A model generated the notes under the pieces. It searched no databases. It saw only the letters and a list, made by a program, of their open reading frames with translations, and was not told the origin of the DNA. Both the position numbers and the translations under genes were made by a program. A DNA stretch of 64,000 nucleotides from Raillietiella orientalis (Eukaryota): assembly GCA_036172245.1 (NCBI GenBank), contig JAYWIR010000014.1, positions 868,001 through 932,000 of the forward strand, given 5' to 3'. This document shows, in pieces, positions 12,901 to 24,960 of the stretch (its first letter is position 1; every line of letters starts with the position of its first letter).

Positions 12901-15479
12901 ACTGCTCCCGAGAGGATGAGGGCTGGAAGGCGGCTCTGGGAACGCGGCCACGAGAAGTGAAGGGAGCACGGCAGAAGTGAGTGACCACATGGATCAACCC
13001 AAGAGAGACCTCGCTAATTGAGGTCACTTTGGGTTTAGACAGACTGGAGTTCTCCACATCCCTGGGAGCGGGATCATGAAATCTAGCCCGCCGGGTCACT
13101 CGTTTCCGTGCAGTCGGCCAGTAGGCGGCTGCCAGGTTCGAGGAGTGCTGCTGAGCACGTTCAAGGGGTGTCCGCTCTCATGACTCTTCCCAGGCCAGGA
13201 CGGCAGTCTTGCAGCCTCTCCGGCCGGGTGCTCTCTGGAGCGATCCGTCTGCTGGAGTGCGGACAGATCTCGTTCGCTATCGTGAACTCGAAGAGATGCT
13301 GCTCTTCCCGGATCTGCTAAGATCGAAGGCATCCGCGATGGGATAGCTGGCTCCTCCTAGCCAGCTACCACCCGATGATAGTTGGTTCCCTCCGGGATTT
13401 GCTTCAAGATAGCTGGCAGGACGTAGAACAGAGTCTAATCCAGTAGAGCGGATGATTCGGAGCCTTGGAATCGAAGTGACCTTGACTCTCCTCACGAACT
13501 TTTTCAAGTTCGAGAGGCTGTCTTTCATCTCCGTACCTCCTATCTTCTTTTGTTTTTCAGTTGGTGGATTGCGACGTCCAAGTCCAGGGATTTTTCCGGG
13601 ATCTGAAGGCACGAGAAACTCAACGACTGAGGGTGTTGCACAATGTCATGTCATCCCTGCCTGGAGAACTGCAGGTCGCCCACCCGAAAGCGCATTTCAA
13701 GAGAAGCCTTGGGAAGTGCCTGAGCTGTTTCCTGCAATGCTTCCCTCCCACAAGAGGTTTTCCTCCACCCGAAACATCTTCCTGATAAGAAGGCGAGAAG
13801 GAAACGCTACGAGGAACCCTCCCGTCCACCTGATCAACGCACCTGCATGGCTGTTCTGGAGGGGAGCTCGGCAGTAGCCTCTTGGCATCACTCGGCCCAC
13901 TTCTCTCATCGGGACGGGCAAAGGTTTTCCTTGCCTTCCTCAGAGTGCGCAAGGCCCTCCAGGTCGAGAGCTGCGCATGCCACTTGGCTGGCGAGCAGCT
14001 GAGGCAACTAATAACCCCTCCATGTCGGGACGCGTTTCGGAGACTCAAGGCCTGAGGGATCGTCGAGGAAGGAGTCCCCACCGACGGGCGGAAAGTCTTC
14101 GGCTCATCCGAGGTAGGCGCGCCTATGGAGGCGAATGTTCCGCTCCAGATGAAGGAGTGGCCCATCTGCAAGAAGTCATCCACTGCCGGGAAGAGGCGGA
14201 GGAGCAGGGGTCACCCGCCAGTTCGGGTCAAGATCGAGACAGGAAGGGAGTCTTGCGCGGACAAGCTAAACCCTCCTTCCCATACACCCATCTCGCTGTG
14301 AAGTCCTGATGGAGTTCCCGTGGCAACCGCTTGGCATCGGCGGCACTGATGCCAACTCCTCCCATTACCGCCCGCCGTAAGTAATGGGAGGAGTTGCTTC
14401 CCCAGTAAAGAAGGAAGGAGTTTAGGGTCTGTTTCCAAGGGGGGAGTCTTCTCGCACGGAGGCGGGGATTCAGGAGAAGCGAGGACGCGGCGCGCCTCCA
14501 GTAGCACGAGAGACCTGCATGGCTCCGGGCCCTCGGCCTTCTTTTCCAGGAGATGCACTGCCTCCTACCCCTCCCTCGCTGAAAAAGAAGAACGCAAGGG
14601 TGGAGAACCGAGGACCTCCGCGCGGAAGTGAGGAGCCGGAGTTCCGGATCGGAAGAGTGCCTAGCAGGGGGTACCTAGGAGGAGGAGGAAGAGGAGGAGG
14701 CTCAACTTCCCGTCAGTCCTCGTATTGGACACGGCCTGCCATCTTGATGATGGAAAACGCTGGAAATCCTTTTAAATTCCTCGTTGCTTCCTTCCAGCTT
14801 TTCTTCTGTGGGTTTGCTCTCTTCTTTTTGGTTCGCCAAGTGCTGAAAAACCGCCAGTCTCCTTAAGAAGGGGGGAGGGGGGATTCCAGAGCTCTCCAAC
14901 GTTGTCCACTTCCCTCTCGGTGTGTGAAGCTGTTTAATTTAGAGGGTAAACTGGAGAAACCACCTTATGAATTCAGAAAGGCTCCAGACGAAGGAGTCCG
15001 TTCCTCTTACTCTTTGCCAGGGAACCTTGAAGGGGAACTCTTCCTCGTTCTGTCCGGAGGGACTCGACGGAGAAGGTCAATCTTCGTTTCTTCTCCGAGG
15101 GGAGCCCGGAAAGGATCCGCTCCAGAGGGAACTCGCCGGAGAATTTCTCAAGGGAGCCTCTCCCTGTTTCCTCTAAAAAGGTTCCCTTCGTAGGGAGGAA
15201 GCTCTTCCCCGAAGTAACGCTTCGCAGTTTTTCTGAAGGGAGCTCCCCAAAGAAAACAGAGAGCTTATTACACTCCAGAGAGGCAACCCCGAGGCTTCGT
15301 GGTAAGCGATGGAGGGTCTTCCCTCCTGAGGGGGAGGACGTCTTTATTTTCACATTCAGAGGGGTACACTGAAGAGAACCGTCTCCTTCCTTGATTCCTG
15401 GAAGGACCCCGGAGGGTCAACTTCAAATCCCGGAGACCAGTCAGCGGAAACGCCCGACTTTTACCAGTGCCGCACCCAA

Positions 15480-15850
15480 CAACTGCACGCTCCGGGAGAT
15501 CCTGGAAGATCCCGCAAAGAGTCGGGAGGTTTTGCGTGGGAACGCAAAACCTCCATCACCGCCGCACTGCCCTTTTTTAGGGAGCACATGGACAGCAGCC
15601 TCACGTCTAGATGGAAGGTGGAAATCTCCAGGAGAAGAGGACTGGGAGAGTGGACGACGGACCAGCTCATCAACTCTGAGACCCCGAGTGCTCGGCCTCA
15701 TGGACTTTTGCGCTGGGGCATGCTACTGAGTATTCCGAAGGAAGACCTGCAGTGGCCCCCGGCACTTATGAACACCCTCATCCTACATTAAGGTGGCAGG
15801 AGTCGGCATTGACGCTGCTGCACTGGGACCTCCCGTGCAATGCCCGCCGG
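15480..15850 (+). mobile_element. Degenerate Tc1/mariner (DD37D/maT-like) transposase fragment
   Basis: Across frameshifts: REVL...KP....FLGSTWT/QQPH, WTTDQL.NS, LMDFC/WGML, KTC...H. The order matches WTFQQD.AP.H ... W..D.WP.NSPDL.P.D...WG.L..KAC...H. Confidence 0.5.
15525..15554. repeat. Perfect 13-bp hairpin with GGGA loop
   Basis: ggaggttttgcgt-ggga-acgcaaaacctcc. Confidence 0.9.
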
Positions 15851-16117
15851 TATCATTGAACCCGGGGATGTATGGATCCAAACTGTGCAAGGTGCGGTAA
15901 ATGGGAATCCCTCCCGCACCTCGTAGTGGACTGTGTTGTTCTCCTGCCCCTTTGAAGACGCTTTGCTAGGACCCTTGAAACCCCCGGCGGCAATTCAAAG
16001 CGCCTCTTCCTGCGCGACGCCCTCAGCCGGTCGCATTCCCAACAGCACTTTGCTGCCTACGTGGCGAGATCATAGCTGCATGAAACAACGCCAGAGGAAG
16101 CCAGAACGACAAGTACA

Positions 16118-16162
16118 CCATCTATTTTGCTGTCCTCTTTATGAGGACAGCAAAATAGATGG
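16118..16162. repeat. Perfect 20-bp inverted repeat, 5-nt spacer
   Basis: ccatctattttgctgtcctc-tttat-gaggacagcaaaatagatgg. Confidence 0.95.
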
Positions 16163-16452
16163 CCCCATCTGGGAGTCTTGAAACAGGGACTTGCTGGCAT
16201 CCTTACAAGGATGCAGAGGCCACTTTCCAGCATATAGTGATCCCTTTCCGAACCCCTCCTATTTTTTTGAATGCATATCTTTGTTCTACTTTTTTTTCTT
16301 TTTGTTTGTTTTCCCTTCCTTGTGCTGCCGAGGCGAACCTCGCCGGCCTGCATGCCAGTACCCGGCATGTTCATTTTCGTAGTTATAAGTAGTTATAAGC
16401 AGGATCAAACGTCCTGCCACAGACGTGTATGTTATCCCTGGCGTGACCAGGT

Positions 16453-16629
16453 CCAGTGCCGCACCCGAATGAGGATTGACTTTAGCCAAGAAGCGTCGTC
16501 CCGAGGAAGGGGCTCGAAACCCACGACGCATCTCCCGTTCTCGGCGTCGGTTTTTCCCCAGGTGCGATTCGAACCAGCGACACTTGGTGCCACGCGCAGA
16601 GACCGCAGCCCCATAGCCGCCAACGCGGC
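16453..16629 (-). mobile_element. tRNA-derived (His-like head) SINE, copy 2
   Basis: Minus strand gccgcgtTGGCGGCTATGGggctgcggtctctgcgcgtggcaccaagtgtcgctGGTTCGAATCGc carries A-box and B-box-like motifs at tRNA spacing. ctctgcgcgtggc resembles the tRNA-His anticodon arm. It does not close a cloverleaf, and its body is shared with 5240-5400. Confidence 0.65.
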
Positions 16630-19600
16630 TTCCTATCTGTGATGGTAGGATGGATACCAGCGACCTGGAAGATCTCCTGGTATACATATCTTCCGGAGGG
16701 CAAGCGCATCCCAGAAGCATTTTGTTCTCTCGAAACTACCATTTGCGGACTCGAGAAGCGACTCGGGACATCGAGAGTGGAAGATAAAGGGGATGAGGAG
16801 ATGAGGAGGGGAAAGAAGTCAAGCAGCTACTTCGGTGTCTTTCCCTCATGACGAAGGCCTACGGCAGATGGTTCCCTTAGCGACGTGTGAAACGTTAGAG
16901 AAGATGCTAAAAATGGCCCTTTGTGATTTGCCTTCTGGATATGACTGCTTCTCGGGTCCTCCCGGTCCAACGTTCGGTTATTCCCTGATGTCCGCATCTG
17001 TCTCCTTCGTAGGGAAAACCGTGCCATAGACGCTTGGGACCGCGCGGCCGCTTCGGAACAAATGAACCCCTTTCGAGATAGATAGCAGGAACTAGACGGA
17101 AGACGAGCGGGAGGGGTAGGGAAACGTGGGCGATGAGTTCTGAACTCAAAAAGGTCCAGACGTTGAACTGTGGATCGCCTCTGGCTCCCTCTGGTAAGGG
17201 TCCATTCTTGAGCCTTCTCCCGCTGCTGCCACGCTGCGATTGGGAAGGGAGGAGGGAGCGGACAGTTGCTAGCAGCCACTTATATCATTTTTGCCCCGGG
17301 GCCCTCCGAGCGTCCAGTGACTCCCTTCGAATTAATGCACTGGGTCGGCAGAGCTAGCTCAACACCAGGAAAACCACGGGAAGGTCGGGGAAGACGAAAG
17401 ACGATGGAGCAGAGGTTTGTCACCCGGATATGCCAGGACATTTATTATGAAACTTTTTGTTTACAAAAATTCCATAATACAGTCGTCATAATTGTTCGTT
17501 ACGTTTGGTTCTACCACGCTCGGTAGACTGCCCTAAACCTCTACGCAGATTGGTAAGGTCCTCTCCAGCGGCTAAGGGGAAGGGAAAAGCAAAACAAATT
17601 AACAAAAAGAATTGAAAAGGGGAGGACAATGTTTTTTCGGGGAGGAAAGGAAGGAGAATGGGCCACTGTACGCCTGGATTGGTCCTCTGCATCCTGTTCA
17701 GGATGCTGACAAGTGCTGCTCAGCCATTATTCCGGTGGGCCATCTTGACGCCGTCTCCAAAAAAATCGTCGTCCAAAGAGCAGAGGTAGTGGATCAGGCT
17801 CGAGGGAATCTCCCCGGAGGCTTGCGTAAGCAGAATGGGAGGAAACCAGCAGCTTCAGCTTCCCTGCCCGCGTTTAACAATTGGACCACATCCGGTTGGG
17901 TTGGGTGACACTTTGCATCTCAGGATAGAATGCACAGCTCCTACCAGTGGCTCCGACTTCGGTGCCAGCGGTGAAATCCGAGCCTTCTTGCTGCCACTAT
18001 GCTGCAGAGGCTGGGAGATCCGGGACGCGCGAGCAGCCTCTAAGGAGCCCTTCAAGCCTAACGTACTAGGATTCTCCTCACCGTTGAATTCCCACGCGGT
18101 ATTCGGAGAGCGTCCGTGCCCTCCCCCATTCACGCTCTCCCCTTCTCCCTGGATCCTGGGAGTTGCCGCGTACTTGGGACCAGCAGCGCGTCCCTGGTGG
18201 AGACACCAAGAAGAGCGGGGGTAGGCGGTTCACTCGGCGCCTCCTCAGACGCGCGGCTGACCCCCGTGGTCGATCTGCTCACCAGCTGAGCCTTCCTGTG
18301 ATCCTTGTTGTCCGTTCTTCCTGGAGAACGACGTTCCCTCATCTTGGGAGATGCAAGCGCCCGAGATGCGAACGCGAACTCAACCGAGAGCGCGCCCAGG
18401 TGTTTCCGGAAACGGCGTCTGATGCGCGAGCCGGTCCTAAGAACTAGCGGAGACGGGAGGCGTGCAGCATTCCAAAGGCTAGGAGAGAGCACGTCCCAAC
18501 TGGATCTCCTCAATCCCGGATTCGCAAGAAGGGGATATCGGAATTTTTTTTCTGGAGACGAAAGAATGCGAGAAACGGATGCGTATCCCCGCCGGACCTA
18601 TTCTTGGAAATGTTACTCCGCAAAGTGCCCATGCCGACGGCAAGCTGGAGCGCACTCGATCCAGGAAGCCGGCGGCAAACCAGAGGCACCCTTCGAGGCC
18701 GCATGACTTGCTTCCCTGGAACGCTTCCTGCTGCGTCAGGCGAGTGGTGTACGTGAAAGAGTGCTGAAGGCGGTTCCTGGGAGCGTTCCGGACTCTCGCA
18801 TCCGTAGGTAAGCGGCCCAGCCTCTGGCGCTTTCGAAAGAAGTCGCGACCTTTCCCTTTCAGGACACCTGACAGGAATAGATCGGAACATCTTCCTAGGA
18901 GGGGCAGCCGTCCTCGCAGACTGCGACACCTGTCAGTCCGAGCAGCGAGAGACTTCTGGGTATTCGCGGTCACTCACGGAGCGCGTGCAGCAGGGTCGTC
19001 GGCCTCCTCCCGTTAGTCCTCGGGGCATCTCTGGGGAGCTCGGCGCCGAATGTATGCGGTACTGGGTGTCGCCGGGTGCGGACGCCACTCTCTTGGGATC
19101 AGGGAACTGCAGGAGACAGGAGGCCGACAGGAGAGCCTCGCGGACTGGGGGGGACGATGTGCGAGGCGACCGCTGCGGGCTTTGCCCATATGACAGAGTC
19201 GCGACGACGGCTTTCTTGCACGCGCGAGGAAAGGGAGCGCTCAATCGGGGAAAACAGCAGGAGGAGGATCGCTTCAGAAGATCCGAACGTCGTGGTCCGC
19301 TTGAGCAGCTGCAGGAAAAACCTCGAAATCTCCGTTCCAAGGTCAATTTTGCTGGTGACGTCATTTGCGTGCATCTCGTGCGAAGACTGAGTGGTCTTCT
19401 TCGAGCTTTAGAAACTGCTGAGGAAACCAAGACAGGATTCTTGAGTAGAAGTGAAATCCTTGTTGCTAAGGAAAATTGTATCTAAAGAGAGGTGGGGATT
19501 AGAATCGGTTCTTCTTGGAGGTTTCCCGCAGAAGTCCACAACGCTGCAGGGGTCGCTGATTGCGCTCCTCTTCCAGCGGTGACGGCATCAAGGAACCATC

Positions 19601-22600
19601 TTTCACGATAGGTCAGCGCACAGTATCTTCGACCTCTTGACGGTGCAGTGCTGGTCTCCACGGAGACTAGCCATCCGAGGTCACCAGCGACCGGCTGCTT
19701 CCATCTCCGCTCCGAGATCTCCCATACTGTCTCTTCCCTTTGACCTCCAACCCTTAGATAAGCGGTCTCAGAAGGAGGATTGGAGCCGGAGGAAGATTTG
19801 CCAGTGGGCAAGGTGTGCCCATGAGGTCCGGATTTCGGAGGTCGATGACCTCCTTCTCTATCCCCTTTTCATCCAGGGTGCCTCCCAGATCCCTGAAGCA
19901 ATGTTGCCTCAGCCTCTTTGGAGCTCTCGTGTTAACGGATGACCTCACCTCGGTGCAGATCCTTCCTTTCTCTCGTGATCGTCCGTCCTTTAGGGTGGGA
20001 GGCCGAGCTTTTCTCAAAGGGCAAATTTTCTCGCTCCTTCCTCCTCGCCTCCTGAGACGTCATCAGGAGTCTGCGGCTCTACGCTCGTCCACCTCCGAGG
20101 GTGGGGAGGTAGACCTCCTCCTCGTAAGTTGCTGGATCGATTTACCTGCTCCGCAGGAAGGCCGTATGGAGCAAGGCCGTCTACTCTCGAGAATTCCGGA
20201 GACCCACTCATGAGCTGCACCAGTGACTGCCGGAGTAACCACCTCGCATCCGCTGACGACCGATTCAAGCACCATTCGTCATCCTCTCTCTCTGCCTTAC
20301 ATCTCTCCCCGTCTTTTCTCGTACTGGCTCTTGGCTGCGTGAAAGACGCTGAGGGAGGGCGGGAGGCAGCACCAGGTCAAAGGATCCACTCAGAGCAGAT
20401 CTGCAAACTCCGCTAGGGTGCTTCACTGAACTGTCGTCGGTTGGACTTCCTTCCAAGATGGTCTCATGGTAAGGAAAAGACGAGAGGGAAGGGGCAGGCT
20501 GGCCGAAGATGCGATCCTGAGAGAATCGTAAGGTGGAGGTCTGAGACCTCGCGACCAAGACCTTCGGGGAAGTAAGGGATGGAGGTTCCGTGTTCCAGCA
20601 CGAGGGAGGGACGAGGGCGAGAAAGAAACGTCTCCGAAGACCACAAGAAGCTGCAGGTTTGCGGAACAAAACCAAGAACGCTGAGCTCGCCCAAGCTCCA
20701 GCCAAATCCTAAAGCTGCGCGCTAAGTGACAGCGGAGGGAGGAGTCTGGACAACTCTGGGGATCAAGGTGGTTCCTCGGCTGTATTTTTTTTCTTTCTTT
20801 CTGATCTGACGATCAGGAGCATACGGGCGTTATCCCTTAGGCGGAGGCACGCGCCGGAGAAGAGGAAGGAGAGAGCCCTGGCTCGCCCCGTGTGGACCGC
20901 AGCAAACCACCTCTCGGAAGGAAGACCAATGAAGACGCAGCTTTCCGACTGCGAGCGTCCGCTCGTGGAAGGCAGTGAGTTTCGGAGGTCATCCTGGAAA
21001 CGGGAGCCAGTTTTTCCTTGGACGCTGCGGCCCATTCCGTGGGCGGATGATATGTGAGGAGCGAGCCTTGTTTGTCAGGAATATCACGGGAGCGTTGACC
21101 TTGGTGCGAGGAGCTGTATTCCCTACGCTCGATGCGTCCTAAAGGTAGAAATGCAATGGAGAGCAAGCTCCGGAGAGGCCGGCGCTTCCGCGAATTGCAG
21201 GCAATTCAGACTCGGTATGCAGGGGGCCACCCCAAATGACCTGCAGTCCTTGGGCTCTCCCGTCGGCTCTGGGAACGGAAAGTCGGCCCATCGGGACTCT
21301 GAAAGGAGGATCCGTCGTATCTAGGGAGCTCCTCCGCATCTTTTCACATCAGAGGCCTCTCTCTACAGTCGGTCTTCATCCGCTGCCAGCCGCATACTGT
21401 GAGTCCGCAAATTTTCGACCTTTCTCTGTCACAGCAATCTGCAGATCCGTTTTCGAAGATGAGCTGATCCTTCTTGGACGCCGCGCCTCGCATCTGGCTT
21501 GCCATACCATGCGCCACACTCAGAGACGCCTGACACTACGCGTAGCCTGCCGCCTATACCCCTTCGAAAACCAGCAGCAAGGCAGCGGCGACGTGGGATA
21601 GGCGGTCTAGAGGACCGATCACTCTGCATCCCGAGCCAGGGGTGTCGCATCAAGCACGGAACTTTTTTCCTCCCGCTTGGTGTCTCGAGGGGGTGCGGCG
21701 GATGGACAAACACTCACTGATCCTGCGCAAAGCCCGGAAAAAGAGCGCTCTTCACATTTTCCAGCCGAGTATATGGATGGTAGGATCTGGAAAGACGGAA
21801 AGAAGAAATCTCCATGGTGAGGCGCGAGGGCTCTCCGTGGCTGCAGGCGAGGGAAGCCTCTTCCCTTGCCAAGGCACAAACCTTCCCGCGACCCAAGTTT
21901 TTTGTTCTGGGCAAGTCTCCTCGTGCGATTTTGTGGCCTCGTTTTTGTGGTTCCGAGTGGATCTGAATGGAAGATTGGGGTAGTGGTGGTAGCGGTGAAG
22001 CAGACTCTTGGATCTTTGGAGAGGAAAAGGAGGAGGGGATGGCAACCGAACATGCGTTCCGCCTCGACATTCTGCCCTCTGGCGGTTTCTTTTTCTCATC
22101 GCAGACTGATTTCGAAGGATGAAAGAATTTTCTGGCTCTATCAGATCTGGACCTCTCGGTACACAGAGAGAAGGAGGCTGGCATCTCCCACGGTCTGCGA
22201 ACGGCAGCGCGCAGCTGGTGTCAGGTCCTGCCTGCTGCCTTCCGACCTTCTCCCAAGGTCTCAAGTTCCGTAGTTCCCTTTCGTGGACGGAACGACCGCT
22301 TTCGAATCGGAGGGGAAGACCCGTCCATTTCCTACTGCCTCCTTTCGTCCTCGAAACCTTCCCGCCAGCACCCCATCCCTCCGCGGTGGCGCTGCTCGCA
22401 TCACGCGGAGACGCCGGTAACCTGGCACCTCCTGAGACTGGCCCTTGCGTTCCTCTCCGCACTGTGACCGACGGAAGTTCCCTTCTTCCCTCTTGCTTTT
22501 GACGGAAACTGCCACCAAGGAAGGGAACCCGCGAGCTGGGGAGCTGCCGACGCCCCGGGCCGTCGCGCGAGAACCGCACATCCCGTTCCTCAGGAAGATT

Positions 22601-24014
22601 GCTTCCGGGCTACTTTTCCCCCTGGAGAGCGTCTTCCACATCTTCCGGTGGTGGCACTGGTGGGAAAACACTTGGATTCTCTATCCGGAGGAAATGCATG
22701 CGGCCTCCACCTACTTCGGGGTGGGCGCACCTGCCTTCGGCGATTGGCTCGGAATCAAAGGGCTCCACACGAGGAAGCAATCCCTAGGGATTCAGGGGAT
22801 GGCGCGCTGAAACCCATCATCGAGGGCGGTTCGTGTTCCTCGCAGTCTTCCGAGTCCCCTGGGTCCAGGAGAGAACCTCGAAGAGGCTGTGTGGCTCCAG
22901 GGGCTGCCCGAAGAGGTGAGTCCCAAGTCGCTCGCATCGAAGTCGACGCTTCGTTTCTTCGGCCGTTATGCGCGCCCACCGAAGCGTTTCCGGAATCCTT
23001 AGCGGGCTAACCACCCGTCCCGGGAGAGTTCGTTCTGGAATCCGGATCCAAGCAGTCGTCATTACCATGGAAACAGCGCTGCCCAGATGGAATCCGTGTT
23101 GTTTGCTTTCCGGTTATAAATAAACAGGGGCTGTTGAAAGCCGGAACGTCACCACGGATGCATCCGTTTCGTCAGTCCGGGTAGTGGCTGGCTGACGAAA
23201 GTTTTCTCGCAAAGAGCTCTTCCAATTCTCGTCTCGCCATTGACATCAACAGACGCATTTCATGCTGGAATCCGCGCTTGCTATTTTGGCCAAGACCTTT
23301 TACTAGTTCTTGTAAATCTGCCAAGTTGCCTCCAACTCAAGAATGCACGGCTGAGACCAGATTTTCTGGAAGAACGCTGAAGATGAGGAAGCCAGAGCTT
23401 TGGGAGGGGAGGCGGAGGAGGGGTGTAGACGAAGTGATGGTGGAGGGGAGAGGTTGACTGCCGCTGCTGCTGCTCGGGTTGGTTCAGGTTTCTGCAGTCT
23501 CATCGCGTTCAGATGCCGGCAGATCGCGGACGACCATCGGTATGCCGCAGTGACGCCTGCTGCGACGGGAGCCGTGCGCGCGCACGCACACAACAGCGAG
23601 CGCGCCGCATCGACCTCGCCATCTTTCGCAGACCTGCAGCTAGATCCATGGGCAGGCAGGAGTGACCATCCGGTTCAGGGAAGCGGGTGCTGGCTTTCTC
23701 TGCAGCAGAAAATTCTCATTCTTGTCACGTCTCCGTGGATGTGAAGCAGCTACATGAAGATCAATGCGAGGAGCATGCCACTTAAGGCGTTGCTACGTTT
23801 GTAGGCACCGGAATAAGAGGGAAGGGCAGGAGGCTGAGCAAAGCCGCGCCGCAGAACATGCGGCTTTGTTCAGCCAGAGAGGAGGGAGAAGTCTTGAGGC
23901 ATGCCTGCTCTCACACAGATGCTCCGAGGACGCACTCACCTTAGTCAGCTAGAGTTCCTTTTTGTTAAGGAAGGAGGAAGAGAGAAGCTTCAAGAATGGC
24001 AGTGGTAAGATGCC

Positions 24015-24960
24015 AGACTTGCGTTGCTGAGGATTCCCATCCTCGGCAGCAGTCATACGTTTTGAAGCTCCCATCGTGACCTCTCTGTAAAAGAAACCCC
24101 TCCCCGTGGACCTTATTTGCTGGAGAGTGCAAATTCTGTGGTCAAGAGGAGAACTGAAGCTCAGGAGGCCATTCTTTCGTCACAGCCGCCTCTCGAGGGA
24201 CTTGCCCGCTGGCATGGGCCAGCGCTTCCCCCGTCATTTTTCGGAATGCAGAATCCTCAGGCTCTCAGAACCGCTTCCGATTCGCTTCCGCGCGATATTC
24301 CTGATGTATGCGGAAAAAATAATCACATTCTGGTTTTGGAATTTGACTGACCGAATGATTTTTTCTTGAATTCCCGTGCAGGGTTCTGATGACTCCACGA
24401 GAGTCTGGGAGGCGTACTCTACACAGAGCTCGCAACCTTCCTAAAGGAGAAGGGCAATTACAATGTGGAAGCAGAAAGAAATGATCAGAAGATCAAGAAC
24501 CTGTCGATGAGGCCTTGAGCCACGAGGTTAGATGCTGTCATTCAACGGGGAGGTCTCCTGCACCTGTTCCACATGTGCGCCGTGGACGCCCCATCGCTCT
24601 CCACTAGTGCGCAGGACACCCACTGGGAATCATTGCATCATTCACTAAGGATGCTTCTTTCTTCTTTGCAGGCAGATATATGTCACCCATTGTGAAGCTA
24701 AAGGTGAATGCAAACTGCCGGGTCTGGACACTGTAAGTGGACAGAGGACTTCGAGACCCCTAAGACCTCTACAAGAGTTCGAAACCAGAATAGGATCTTG
24801 GGGAGCTTACAGTGGCGAACCTGCAAATGCTTCTCACAAGCAGCTGCTGATGCAAGATACTCTTCAGCGAGTTGCGGTGTCGTTGGTCAAGGGAACAGCC
24901 GTCAACGATCGCATGGCTCTCGAATATCTGGAAGCTTTCTGCGTCAGCCTGTAAAGCTTC
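24015..24960 (+). pseudogene. Degenerate copy A of an unrecognised, probably multi-exon protein-coding family
   Basis: 24015-24230 aligns directly with 27933-28140, and 24710-24950 aligns inverted with 26860-27125. Differences include several synonymous third positions. Acceptor-like sites end at 24380 and 24670. Contains in-frame stops. Confidence 0.5.

Noticed and set aside
16560..16629. Functional tRNA-His gene
   Set aside because: Acceptor and T stems do not pair and the sequence continues into a repeated body; treated as a SINE head.
17655..17830. Protein-like minus-strand peptide LIHYLCSLDDDFFGDG...LNRMQRTNPGVQWPILL
   Set aside because: Contains a stop, has no supported exon partners, and I cannot name a family.
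18590..18700. THAP-like LC..HF.E motif on the minus strand
   Set aside because: Needs a frameshift and a stop repair; too short to support.
23150..23230. Hammerhead ribozyme (CTGACGA on both strands within a 9-bp inverted repeat)
   Set aside because: No correctly placed GAAA after stem II and no stem III with a cleavage triplet.
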